Positions 16,312 to 29,031 of a DNA stretch of 64,000 nt are shown here, one piece after another. The translations under genes were made by a program, and so were the position numbers. Within the stretch, counting starts at the first letter, position 1; each line of letters begins with the position of its first letter. This DNA comes from the human T2T-CHM13v2.0 reference genome, Homo sapiens, in NCBI RefSeq assembly GCF_009914755.1, contig NC_060931.1; one strand, written 5' to 3'. The notes under the pieces are model-generated. The model did no database searches and was not told the DNA's origin. It saw only the letters and a program-made list of their open reading frames with translations.

Positions 16312-17752
16312 GACTTCCAGATTCTTAATGATGCTCCCTTATAATTGCAGATGCCTGAGTTCTAAAACCAGAAGTCCTCAAGTCAAATCTGTCACCAAGT
16401 GCTATTCTACTTCCTTTTTTCTCCATTCTATCCACAGTTCAACCCTTACTTGCCCCGAGACATTTACAAAGCTTCCTAACACATCTCTCAGACTTCCGGT
16501 CCTTTTCCCTCCAATTTAGCCTAACACTGATGCTTCAGTGAGCTTTCTAAAACACAAGGCACTCCATTCCTCCCATGCCTTCAATGGCTCCCACCTGCAA
16601 CCAGGAAAAAGTATAAACTTTCTACGATGAAATTTAATGTCCTCCATGATACAACTTCAACATAACTTTTCAAACCAAAGTTACATGATTCCTTCACAAA
16701 CTCTTAGCCTATGCTCCGCCAAATCAAAACTCTCCTTGTTCCCTAACCCTACCCTGCCTTTTATGTTTTTACAGCTTTGCTGAGCAAACCTCCAGGCAAA
16801 CAGTAGGAACTAATCAATGCCAGTTGATTAATCAATTGAAATCAATACCCTGGCTTCTAATCAATAATAGAATCTAGGTAGATTCTAGATTGCAAAATTC
16901 TTTTGACTTTTCTGAAAGTTTAAACCTTTTCATAATCAAACACTGGGAAAAAATTAGTTAAATGAATAAATAAATGAGAAAATGAATCGCTTGGGACCTG
17001 GGTTACATTCTCTCCCAAGAATCATACAGTACAAAAAGATATGTGGCACTATCTTTTTGAAAGAGGGGTAATGGGATACAGAGTCCCAAAAAGGAAAGGA
17101 GGAAGAGCTTACCTTTAGGGTTCAAAGTAAATATTTTGGCCTGTAAACAATTCTAAGCAATTTAAAGACAACCAATAACTAGAATCAGACTAGAGAGAAA
17201 AAGGTAGGAGGTAAGTTCCAACTATATTGGAAAGATAAGCTGCTAAGAATTTGCTTTTTCAGGCTCCAAGATCTAAGGACACAGTCCTTCCCCCTCTTTC
17301 ACTACCACCACCCTGTCCTGCACCCCAGGGTCTGAGTTAAAGCAATGAAAGCATGTGATTTCATGTTCAAGGTTATACCTCTAATATCTCTTAAGGGAGA
17401 GCAATCTCAATACCCTGGTTTCAGTTCAGATACGCTGTAACAGCTGTCTTGTGAACTGTCTATTAAGGCTTACATCTTTGAGCTTGCAAATATAGTATAA
17501 AAGTTCAAACTCCACTACTGTTTTTACCAGGAAAGTACAGTTCTTAGCTTTTTGCCCAGCTTACCTCTCTCACAAGTCAATATAGACGTTAATGAGTCAT
17601 TGTTCTAGAGGTATCTTTCTAATTCTGAGAAGCTTGCCTACTTCTTTTAAATGTTCTTAGTTCAGTCAATGAAAATCTCACATTATAAAGCCATCGGAAA
17701 TGGTAAACTAAAACAATCATGTTTGCTCTTTAGTGAACCATACTTCCTATTA

Positions 17753-18050
<298 letters not shown>

Positions 18051-18785
18051 GAAAGAATGGGTCATTACTATTTACCTTGAGTATTTGGGTGCTAATAAAC
18101 AGATATCTGATGATACCTGGGGCAAGAACTGAGTTCCTCCCCTCTCATTGCCTTAGTTCTGTGCATCCCAGGGTAGTATTCAACACTCAGTGTTTCCTCT
18201 GACAAACTAGATGCTTCCCAAAACAAAAACAAACTCATTTTTAAAATTCTGTTATATTATTTGCTTCTTGTTTTTATTTTTTGTGGGGAGTGAACTGGTA
18301 AACCCAGTGGACTTTCTTAACACTCTTCTAAGTCATTCAAACTGTCAGTCAAAACCCACCTATTTCTCAGGCTAGTAGAATCCCACTATAAAGTGATTTA
18401 TAAACTGGATTTATATAAATTGGGGGATCAATTGCCCCTCCCAAACAATCATCTCCTATAAAAGATTAATAAAACAACATCTGGTTAAGAACACTGACAC
18501 TACATTATAAAGGGTTGCCCCTGTACTTAGACTAGCATGAGGTACACATCTAGAATGCCCAGTTAGCCAAACGGTCTTGACGACCATGCAGACTTTCATA
18601 TGCCAACAAAGCCTGTGCAGTGTACTTTTCCAAAAGTGCTCCAATTCTCCTTTTGGACAACTTTCTTAAACGTTATTTACCAAGCTAATAAAATGTATTC
18701 TCAATGGACTTTTTATTCTGCTTACATCTTTGTTCTTACTCATCCCAAAGCAAAGAATGGAAAAAAAAATGAGTTGTACATTTAG

Positions 18786-19370
<585 letters not shown>

Positions 19371-19849
19371 TTATTTTGTTCTGTCTTCACCATAGACTTC
19401 ATCATCAATCATAACTGATAAGGAAAATTACACTTAGCTGAAAAGCCAAGTCCCGTGCTAGGGAGGCATTTTCTATATGTTATTTCTATTTCCAATAAAA
19501 CAATTCTTTAAAAAGAAAAACTTATTATCTCCATCTTTCAGATGGAAAGACTGAGGTTTAGTAGGCTTAAATAATTTGCCCGAGGTCACTCACTAGCCAA
19601 GGCCAGAACTGGGATTTAAATCCACAAATATTCCAAAGTCCTTTTGTTTCTGTATCACTTCGCAGGGAGCTGCTTCCACCTGTCTCCTGTGCCCTTGGTT
19701 TCTGCTAATCCTACATTCCAAGAATAGAAGTCTTCCTATGCGTTCCTAGGCAGAAGCCAAGTTTCCCTGCTTTGGGCACGTTCAAAATAGAAGGTATTTT
19801 CCGCTTCTCTTGCTTCTGAGCACCCACGAAATCAACACATCCCCAAAAC

Positions 19850-20550
19850 ACGCGTTGAGGGAGTAAGGGAAAGTGTCCTGCACCCGCCACCCTCCCGCGC
19901 TAAGAGCGGCAAAGGACCCCACAGCTTCGTACTTCCCCGGAGGAGCTCCTGGAGTAGGAGACGCCTTCTAGCCTGGAAGAACCCCGGGTGCGACAGTTGT
20001 GCCAGGAAACTTCAAGAGTATTCCCTCGGCTGGGCGCACGCAGTACATCTCCAGTGCTCCAATTTGAAAACTTTGACTCGGCCACGACCACCCCACTCCA
20101 GTCTCACCCTACGGTGCTTTCTCCCCTGTTGGTGCTGAGAGCTTTTGAGACTACCTGCCCCGCGCTCCCTAAGTCCGAGGGACCGAGGCGAGGACCTGTC
20201 CCGCTGAGCTGGCACGACCCACGCAGGGCAGGCGGCACTTACGCGGCGCAGTCGGTGCTCCTCCCTGAGCCGCGGCGCGCAAGGACCCCAGCCGGTTGTC
20301 CTTGCAGCGCTTCCCAAATCAGGCAGAAGTGAGGCAGCCCCACCCAGTCACGAGGACCCTGCAGAACTCGAGCCTTTAAGCGCTCCTCTAGGCTCACATG
20401 ACCCAGACCCACAGGGCAAAAAGTGCGTCGTCGTGTCCCAACCTCCTGGTCCCAGAAACCTGGCCGCATCAAGTCAGCGCTTCCCATGCTGGAAGAAGCA
20501 AGCAGCCCCAGGGTGGAATCTTAAAAATTAATGAAGAGCATCGGCGGGGT
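19850..20550. promoter_or_regulatory. CpG island / bidirectional CPVL-CHN2(beta3) promoter
   Basis: The main CpG-dense, GC-rich non-Alu block in the window. Divergent exons start within about 50-60 bp of each other. Confidence 0.85.
20243..20350 (-). other. CPVL: CPVL non-coding first exon (5' end approximate)
   Basis: The - strand reads ...GCTGCAAGGACAACCGGCTGGGGTCCTTGCGCGCCGCGGCTCAGGGAGGAGCACCGACTGCGCCGC|GTAAGT. This matches my recollection of the CPVL mRNA 5'UTR and ends in a consensus donor. Confidence 0.85.
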
Positions 20551-20559
20551 GCCATTCAG
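20398..20559 (+). CDS. CHN2: First coding exon of the upstream-promoter CHN2 isoform (beta3-chimaerin-type N-terminus), 54 codons MTQTHRAKSA...RRGAIQ
   Basis: ATG at 20398, open frame to donor CAG|GTTGGT at 20559/20560. Splices in frame to 20662. Gene identity comes from recall of the locus and isoform length arithmetic. Confidence 0.8.
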
Positions 20560-20661
20560 GTTGGTTTGTCCCTTTGTTTTATTTTGATTTTGTCTCCCAG
20601 TTTTTAAAAGCTGCTATCTTAAATTTCAACCCTGTATTTTGAAATTATTTCTGCACTCTAG

Positions 20662-20773
20662 GACTTACTTGCAAGCCCAGGATTTACATTTGGAAAGCGA
20701 GTGGTGTTTGATTCCCACTGTTTAAAAAGGCAACACACGTTCGCTGATGGTCTACATTCCAGCTGCACTAGCA
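20662..20773 (+). CDS. CHN2: Second coding exon of the upstream CHN2 isoform, DLLASPGFTFGKRVVFDSHCLKRQHTFADGLHSSCTS plus 1 nt
   Basis: Acceptor ttatttctgcactctag|G at 20661/20662 and donor GCA|GTAAGC at 20773/20774. 112 nt, ending in phase 1 like beta2-chimaerin exon 1 (recalled). Confidence 0.8.
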
Positions 20774-22166
20774 GTAAGCTCGCACCAAGTGCCACTGTCC
20801 TGCCAAGCACTCTCCTGAATCACTGCGCTGGAGTCTCAGAGCCACCTGATGTGTTCTGTACCATTATACCCATTTTGCAATTGGGGGACACAAACTAAGT
20901 GAGGTTAAGTAACCCATCCAGGGTCACATTGCTTGTAAGTGACCTGAGTGTATATTATTAGCCACCACCAGGTGCTGGGCATCGAGCCAGACAGTACGGG
21001 AGCAAGAACTAAAAAAGGCAAGGAGGTTGCAATGGCAAGTAGATAACACAAAATAAAGGAGGGTCATCATTATCAGCAACAGCAGCGTCAACTGCCAGAC
21101 AGGTGGGAGAGGCCACGGGGAATCTTCTGCACTGTCCCGGGCCAACCTCCATCTCCTCACAGCTAGCTGCAGGAGTGAGCCCAGGGAAACCCGCAGTAGA
21201 GCAGCCCAGCCAACCCGACAGTCAGGGGGAAAAATTGTTTTAAGCCACTTTCAGTTTCGCGTAGTTTGTTATGCAACTAAGGCTAACTAAAGCACTAGTT
21301 TTACGAGCTGGAACAAACTAATGTCACTGAATATCTGTTTTCTCCTAAGTACCTACTTTATTGGGTTGTTGTGAGGACTCACTGAAAAACTATGTGTAAA
21401 TCACCCAGCACAAAGTATGTGCTCAGTGACTGCAGTCATTCTTTGCTATCATACCTTCCATATGGAAGTACTTCCTACCCACCTAGCTCTTTAAGGAGAA
21501 AAATCTGTTTGTGGGAAAATAATTCTTTTAAGGCCAAAATCAGCCCACCTTTAATATATGCAGGACCCAGGGCAAAAGTACAAACAGAGATCTGTAGGCC
21601 AGATACCTAAATATTTAAAAGTTATAAACAAAGTTAACAAATGATTAAGTACAATAAGTTCTACCTTCCTACCTAGACAAATATACCTTGGGAATTGACA
21701 TGAAAGGCCAGATTGAAACTTTGGATGATCTGCACTTAAATATGATGGTGCAGGGAGAGGCGATTTCCAGTTCCTGGTTTGCAGCCACCTCCTCTCTTCC
21801 CACAGGGCTCTAGTCCATTGGTGGAAGCTCGGTCAAGCTTCCCAGAAGCAGCTGTCCCCCAGCCACCTCTTGGGCACAAGAGTATGAACACCAGAGTCAG
21901 CAATGTTCGCCCATGGGAGTACAGACATTAGCAGATAACACTGCTGCTGGCGTGCAGACCCTTGAAGCAGGCTCAGTGCCATTTGGGGAGGGAATTTGGA
22001 ATTTGCCTTCTAAAGTGTGGGCCCTGGACAAGGGCTCCTTGGGTCTAAGTATAAGGACAACTACTGGCCAAAGAATACCTGTGCCCACGTGGAACCACTT
22101 AAAAACTAAACTGAATTTTACAGTAAACACAGGAGGAGCCATACTGTAAGCATATTTATTCAAAAA

Positions 22167-22488
22167 CAGGGTGTCCCAAAAGTCTTCCTGCAGTTTTAGT
22201 AACCTCAAGGCTATAAATGCTGCAACTTATAAGAACACCATTTGAAAGTTAATTTAACACTATTTATCTCTGTGAATGTTGAATAACACGTTTTAACTTT
22301 AATTTTTGTTTCAGTTCCCCTGAGTGAAATATGGCATACATTAACCAGAAGAGAAAATTACATTTATTAAAATAATTAAAACAGAGTCAAAAGAAGTAAA
22401 CGTTCAAATGAGTTTTGTAAGTTTGTAGCATTTCGACTTAAGAAGTTATTAAAGCTTAAAACTGCACTGACCTTTTTGGGGTACCCTG
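22167..22488. mobile_element. Tc1/mariner-type non-autonomous element (MITE)
   Basis: Imperfect terminal inverted repeats cagggtgtcccaaaagtc..tgcagtttta / taaaactgca..ttttggggtaccctg, followed by TA. Confidence 0.65.
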
Positions 22489-23001
22489 TATTCGGATTTG
22501 TCGTGTGTCAGGTTCTGTGCTAGACACTTGATTAAAAAGAAAAAACAAGAAAAAAGATAGTCTTCTTTAGGGAACTTGAAGTTTAGTTGTGGGGAAGGGA
22601 TGAAGGGGACACACAGATTGATCCCATCATACAATATAAGAGCTGTAATTGGGGCTGATAAAGTGTGTGTGGGGGGGAACAGAGGACAGGGACCAAATGA
22701 CTCTGCCCGAAGAGCCAGGGGAATCCTGTCAGAGGAGGTGACTTGAAGCTGGACATTAAAAAATGAATAGCCACTGAGGGGAAAGGTGGCAGCACAGGCA
22801 ATGAGCAGGCCACCTGCACTCAGGTTGATGCTGTGCTCTTGGACAGATGGACTGTGCCACACCAGGCGTGTTCAGGGTGGGTCGGGGGTTAACTAATACT
22901 GAGGTTAGAAAATTAGACTGGAGCCAGCTTGGAAAGGGCAAGAATGCTGAGCTCTAGAGACTGATGTTGTTCAAAATTAGTAGATTGCGAAGTCTGTTTC
23001 C

Positions 23002-23308
23002 CTTTTTTTTTTTTTTTTTTTTTTTGAGACAGAGTCTTACTGTGCCGCCCAGGCTGGACTGCAATGTCGCAATCTCAGCTCACTGCAACCTCCACCTCCC
23101 GGGTTCAAGCGATTCCCTGCTTCAGCCCCCCGAGTAAGCTGGGACTACAAGCACCCGCCACCACAGCCAGCTAATTTTTTGTATTTGTAGTAGACACGGG
23201 GTTTCACCATATTGGCCAGGCTGGTCTCGAACTCCTGACCGCAAGTTATCCACCTGCCTTGGCCTCCCAAAGTGCTGGGATTACAGGTGTAAGCCACCGT
23301 GCCCAGCC
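23002..23308 (-). mobile_element. AluS
   Basis: Full antisense dimer. Confidence 0.9.
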
Positions 23309-23389
23309 TGGAAATCCATTTTCTTAATGAAAGAGAATAAAATAGAACAAAATAGTACACAACAGAATAGAACCATAGGACAGGAGTAT

Positions 23390-23790
23390 GTGCTTTCCAG
23401 GGAGGTTGTAACTGAGCAGCTATTAACAGTAGAAATTTATTGTCTCATAGTTCTGGAGGCTACAAGTCTGAAATTAAAGTGCCAGCAGGGCCAGGTTCCC
23501 TCTGAAACCTGGAGGGGAAGGATCCTTCCTCGCTTCTTCTAGGTTCTGGTAGCCCCAGGTGTTCCTTGGCTTGTGGCAGCATCAACCCAATCTCTGCTTC
23601 AGCCTTCCAGGGCTTTCTCTCTGTGTCTTTTCACAGTGTCTCCCCTCCATGTGTCTGTCTCTGTGTCCCAATTTCACCTATTTATGAGGACACCAATGAC
23701 ATTGGATTAGGGTCCACTCTAATGACCTCATTTTAGCTTGATTACTTCTATGAAGACTCATTTTCAAAATAAGGCCACTTCACTGCTGCA
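23390..23790 (-). mobile_element. MLT1 MaLR LTR fragment
   Basis: gaaatttattgtctcatagttctggaggc and ttggattagggtccactctaatgacctca motifs. Confidence 0.75.
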
Positions 23791-23984
23791 ATAGATATTT
23801 TTAGCCCTTCTCTTGTATTGAGAATATTCAAAGGTTGGCCAACAAATCGGTTTGCAAAGAGATTCGTTAAGCCTTCTTTGATTGGCTTTCCTGAAAACAA
23901 GATTTAAAACTGTCAGGTCGATCACAAGCCCTTGTGTTCTCTGCACCTGCATATTCTAGTGAGGTTTGGGTTTGTTAAGCCCTA

Positions 23985-24190
23985 GTGGTTCAGAGCATGG
24001 GTCAGACTCAGTTTGAATCTAGAACCTTGCACCTAATGACCATAAGCAAGTTACTTAATCTCAGTTTTCTCATCTGTACATGATAAAAATACTATTAGCT
24101 ATCTTGCGGTATTATCAAGAGGAAGAAATAAGATAGTAGTACATATAAAGTGCTTGTCATATATAAAGGCTCAAAAAATGGCAGCTGTAA
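23985..24190 (+). mobile_element. MIR (others at ~800-1020, 19500-19640, 20790-20960, 25490-25710, 29180-29410, 54540-54780, 60630-60890, 61700-61820, 62040-62180)
   Basis: MIR core gcaagttacttaatctcagttttctcatctgt. Confidence 0.7.
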
Positions 24191-27120
24191 CAATAATAAT
24201 GGTGATCATGACAATCAAGATTCTAGGCTGTGACTGCAGTTCTTTCCAACTGTCTATCCAAGACAACTAAATTGTATCTGGACACCACACAAAAACATGC
24301 TTCTCACTGACCTATAGCCGGAGCTTTGCTGAACTCCTTAAATTCCAGTTAAGAAGACACAGAGAATAGATCATTTACACATCTTGATCAGGTAAATACA
24401 ATTCCAATTGTCTAAGTTTGTAGGTCTGATTTTACATTTGCAGCTGCTGCCAGCAAGATAAATGTGGAGCTGCAATGGAAACAAGGGGAATTGATTAACC
24501 TTGTAGGCAATCATGCCCCTCTTGGAAGTGTCTAGGTCTCTCCCTGCACTTGTCAAGGCTTCTATAGCCATTGTTCCTTTTCAGTGTTGTTACTGATCTT
24601 CAATGGAGCCACTGGGTAGCCTGGAAACACAGCTCAGAGGCACAGCGAAAAGAGAAATGTCACAGCCCCCATGCACCACAATTAATTGTTCAATAAACAC
24701 TTTTCTTAAGGAACGAAGCCAGATGTGTCACACCCACACACTTGCAAAACAACACTGTGCTATTAAAAAAGGGAGGGGTGGGTGGTAGATCCAGCTGAAG
24801 AAAGTCTACAGCTGTTCTGCACCTTAGCTATAAGCATTGAAGGCTTCATTAAGTGAGAAGTAGGCCCAGGTGGCGGTAACCAAGCTCTAAGACACAGACA
24901 CATGCCCTGATCAACTTACTGAAGTGCTTCAGTCTCCTTGTACTTGGTAAGGAAGGGGCACCTCCTAAGACTAGCCACAGGCTACAGACTCCAGGGAAGT
25001 TGTGGATAATTACATGGTAATTATTTCTAATAAGTGCTTCCACTCTTAGCATGATTATCCTTCCCTGGGTTGCTTGCCTCCTTATGCCTGGTTTATGTAG
25101 GGAAACAATGTCCAAATTAATCTACGTCTTTTGTAAGTGAGCCTATACTCCTTTGACGATCCAGATGGTTTAGCGCCCTTTAGCAGCAGGTGTTAAGGCT
25201 TTCTTACAAAAGGCATATTTTCAGTTTCCCTTCGGCTATGGAAAAAGCCAGGCAAATAAGACTTCGGTGATTTAAGGATAAATTATGGGATTAATATAGA
25301 CATGGCCACTAAGGACAGCTGAGCAAGCCCTGTGTAAAACCAAGAGAAATAATCATAGTGAAACTTTGTAAGGATTTTATGGTTTGCCCAACACTTTTTA
25401 TATATATCATCTCTTTTAATTTTCACATCAGCCCTGCGAGGTATATATTGATATTATGATGAACCTGCCAGCGTGCTCAGGATAGTATCTGATTAAGGGC
25501 ATGGCCTTAGGAGTAGACCGATGGCATCTGAATCCCAGCTCAGCCACTCATTAGCTGTGTGACCTTTGCTGTGTTAATTAACCTCTCTAAGCCTTAGCCT
25601 TCTCATGTATGGGAAGAGAACACCACCAATCCTACAAGGCTGATCTGAGGATTTGACGAAATTGTATGTATAGCCATCAACACAATGTCTGGCCCATAGC
25701 AAGCACGTCATTCACTGGTTGAAGGAAAGACATTTGCAAAGGACAAACAGATAGTAAACAAACTCCCTTAGGTGAAGTAGTATTTGGAGTCTCCTCTTTT
25801 TCTCTTGTTTAGGTTTTATTTTATTTTCTTCGAATGGAAATAGTGGTTAGTGCAGGTGCTCTGCTTACTCATATTGTGCCTATGAAGAGTTGCATGATCC
25901 AAAGTGGGTTATCTAGAAAAGTGACTCTATAGCCTCTGAAGGGTTTTCCAGAACTTCAAGAACTAGGTCACATCACCAAATAAAGGAATACAAGTAAAAT
26001 GGGCAAAAGGTATTTCTTGGTAGGAATGCTCAAGCAATTGCATAAAACCTTATGTTGCTTTTTATGCGTGGCAGCTCAGGCTAGACTGCTCAGAACTTCT
26101 TGCTGGGTTAACTGCTATGGATTTAAAGGATTCCCCCTTGATTCTGAGACAGCTACACCTAGGAGCACCAAGCAGTGAGAAAGAGAAAAGGTGCCAGAAA
26201 GCCAGTCCCCAGGTCTCTTTGTTCTCTATTCTCAGTTCCTGGCTAAATCTTTCTTGCTTTCCTCATTTGAAAATGGAAGTCATAACAACTTACCCACTCT
26301 ATCCACCTTTACTGAGCCAAGGAGTCTGAATGCACTAGCTAAATGATACAGTGCCTGTCTTATGCCACATGTGACACCATGATCACTAATGTGATATAAA
26401 TTGCCTGGGCTTAGTTTGTTCCCATCCACCCCACCCAGAGATCTATCAGCAAAAAGAAAAAAGGAATTATCCCTTCTTCTCAGTAGAAAAGTGACCTGAC
26501 ACAGAGCTGTTAAATTCTGGGCTCTTTTGCTCTGAGACGGTTGGAAGAGTTAACGCCATTTTGTCTCTTTCGGTGCACCCCATTGTTAAGTTTCTCTCAG
26601 TAAATTTTGACAAGAAACAGGCAAGCAAAACAAAATACACTCGATCCTTGTTATTCGTGGATTCCATATTTGCAAATTCTCCTCCATGGTCTGAATAACA
26701 AGGACCTCAGAATTCTTTGCCCAAATGTCCACAAGCTTGCTTCCAGAGCCTGCATGCCACTCTTCCTTGGAGTCATCCTCTATCTGAGGGGTGGCCAAAG
26801 GCCATGCTTACAGAGCTGGGATGCACAGGGAAGGATGTCCAGGAGAAGGACAGGTGTAAAGGTAGCACTCTACACCACCATGTTCTAGCACAGAACTTCA
26901 GGAAGTCTCAGAATTATAAACTCAAATTGATTATCTAGGTTGCTATCAAGGTATATCTTTCAAGGTAAGAGGGTATATTTCATTTAACAGTTTGTTCCCT
27001 GGTTTATAAGTGTTACATATCTAGACATATGGTATGTGGGCCTCTGTGTGTACTCTTGCCCCAAGCCTCCAAAGAAAGAGGCAGGCTTGGAAAGAAATAA
27101 ACATCTGTTGATTTAAACTA

Positions 27121-27918
27121 CAGTTGACCCTTGAACGCATGTGTTTCAACTACACAAGTCCACTTATACACGGATTTTTTTCTAGAAAAGTGACACTGAG
27201 TGTGTCCACCTTCTCTCCCACCTCTCTACCTTTTCTGGTTTTGCCACCCCTGAGACATCAGGACCAACCCCTCTTCTTCCTTCTTCTCCTCTTCAGCCTA
27301 TTCAATGTGAAGACAATGAGGATGAAGACCTTTATGGTGATCCAATTCCACTTAATGAACAGTAAATACATTTTCTCTCCCTTATAATTTTCTTTTCTTT
27401 TAGACAGAGTCTCACTCACTTTTGCCCAGGCTGAAGTGCAGTGGTATGATCTTGGCTCACTGCAACCTCCGCCTCCCAGGTTCAAGGAATTCTCATGCCT
27501 CAGCCTCCTGAGTGGCTGGGATTACAGGTGTGTGCCACCACACCCAGATAATTTTTGTATTTTTAGTAGAGACAGGGTTTCACCACGTTGGCCAGGCTGG
27601 TCTCGAACTCTTGGCCTCAAGTGATCTACCTGCCTCGGCCTCTCTAAGTGCTGGGATTACAGGCATGAGCCACCGCACCTGGCCTCCCTTATGATTTTCT
27701 TAGTAACATTTTCTTTTCTCTAGCTTACTTTCTTGTAATAATATAGTATATAATATGTATAAAATACAAAATATATTAATTGTTATGTTATAATAAGGCT
27801 TCTGGTCAACAGTAGGCTATTAGTAGTTAAGTTTTGGAGAAGTCAAAAGTTATATGTGCATTTTTGACTGCATAGGGGGTTGACAGCCCTAACCTCTGCA
27901 TTTCTCGAGAGTCAACTG
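27121..27918 (+). mobile_element. Tigger2a/MER28 DNA transposon split by an antisense Alu (27388-27684)
   Basis: TIRs cagttgacccttgaa ... tcgagagtcaactg. Alu TSD cccttat(a/g)attttctt. Confidence 0.8.
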
Positions 27919-28365
27919 AACTAATATCTAGGACCTGTTTGTCACCACATCACAGCCTCATTTATTCTGACAGTTGCCCCTGGGGAGGAGGGTGGTGGGC
28001 TTCTCATTGCAGAATCTGTGGAACAGGATGCCAGCAGACAGAGGAGGGGCCCCAGCCAGCAGCTCTGAGTAAGTGAAGGAACAATAAGGGCAACAGCAGT
28101 GTAAATGCTGGAGATCAGGCCCCTCTCCATTCGTATGCGGTGAATCAGCCTCTAGCATGTCTGTATGAGCTAAATGGGTGGGGCTTCCCCATCCCTTCTC
28201 TTTGCCTCCCTTCACCTGTAGATTTTGGATGTTCCTGCCAAACTCAGCAGGTGTGAGCTCAAACTGGATTCTTTTTCAAAAACATAAAAAGAGATGACAC
28301 TTCTTATACTCTAGATGTCATGAAACAGTTCACACCTGATCAATATTTAAAGAAGTATTATTATT

Positions 28366-29031
<666 letters not shown>

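Noticed and set aside
19900-20487. Several 63-114 aa ORFs in the CpG island
   Set aside because: Expected from GC-rich, stop-poor sequence. No recognisable product, apart from the 20398 ORF treated above.
21540-27090. Inverted similarity between ~21540-21700 and ~26900-27090
   Set aside because: Most likely two old, independent hAT-type transposon copies, too diverged for a functional inverted repeat.
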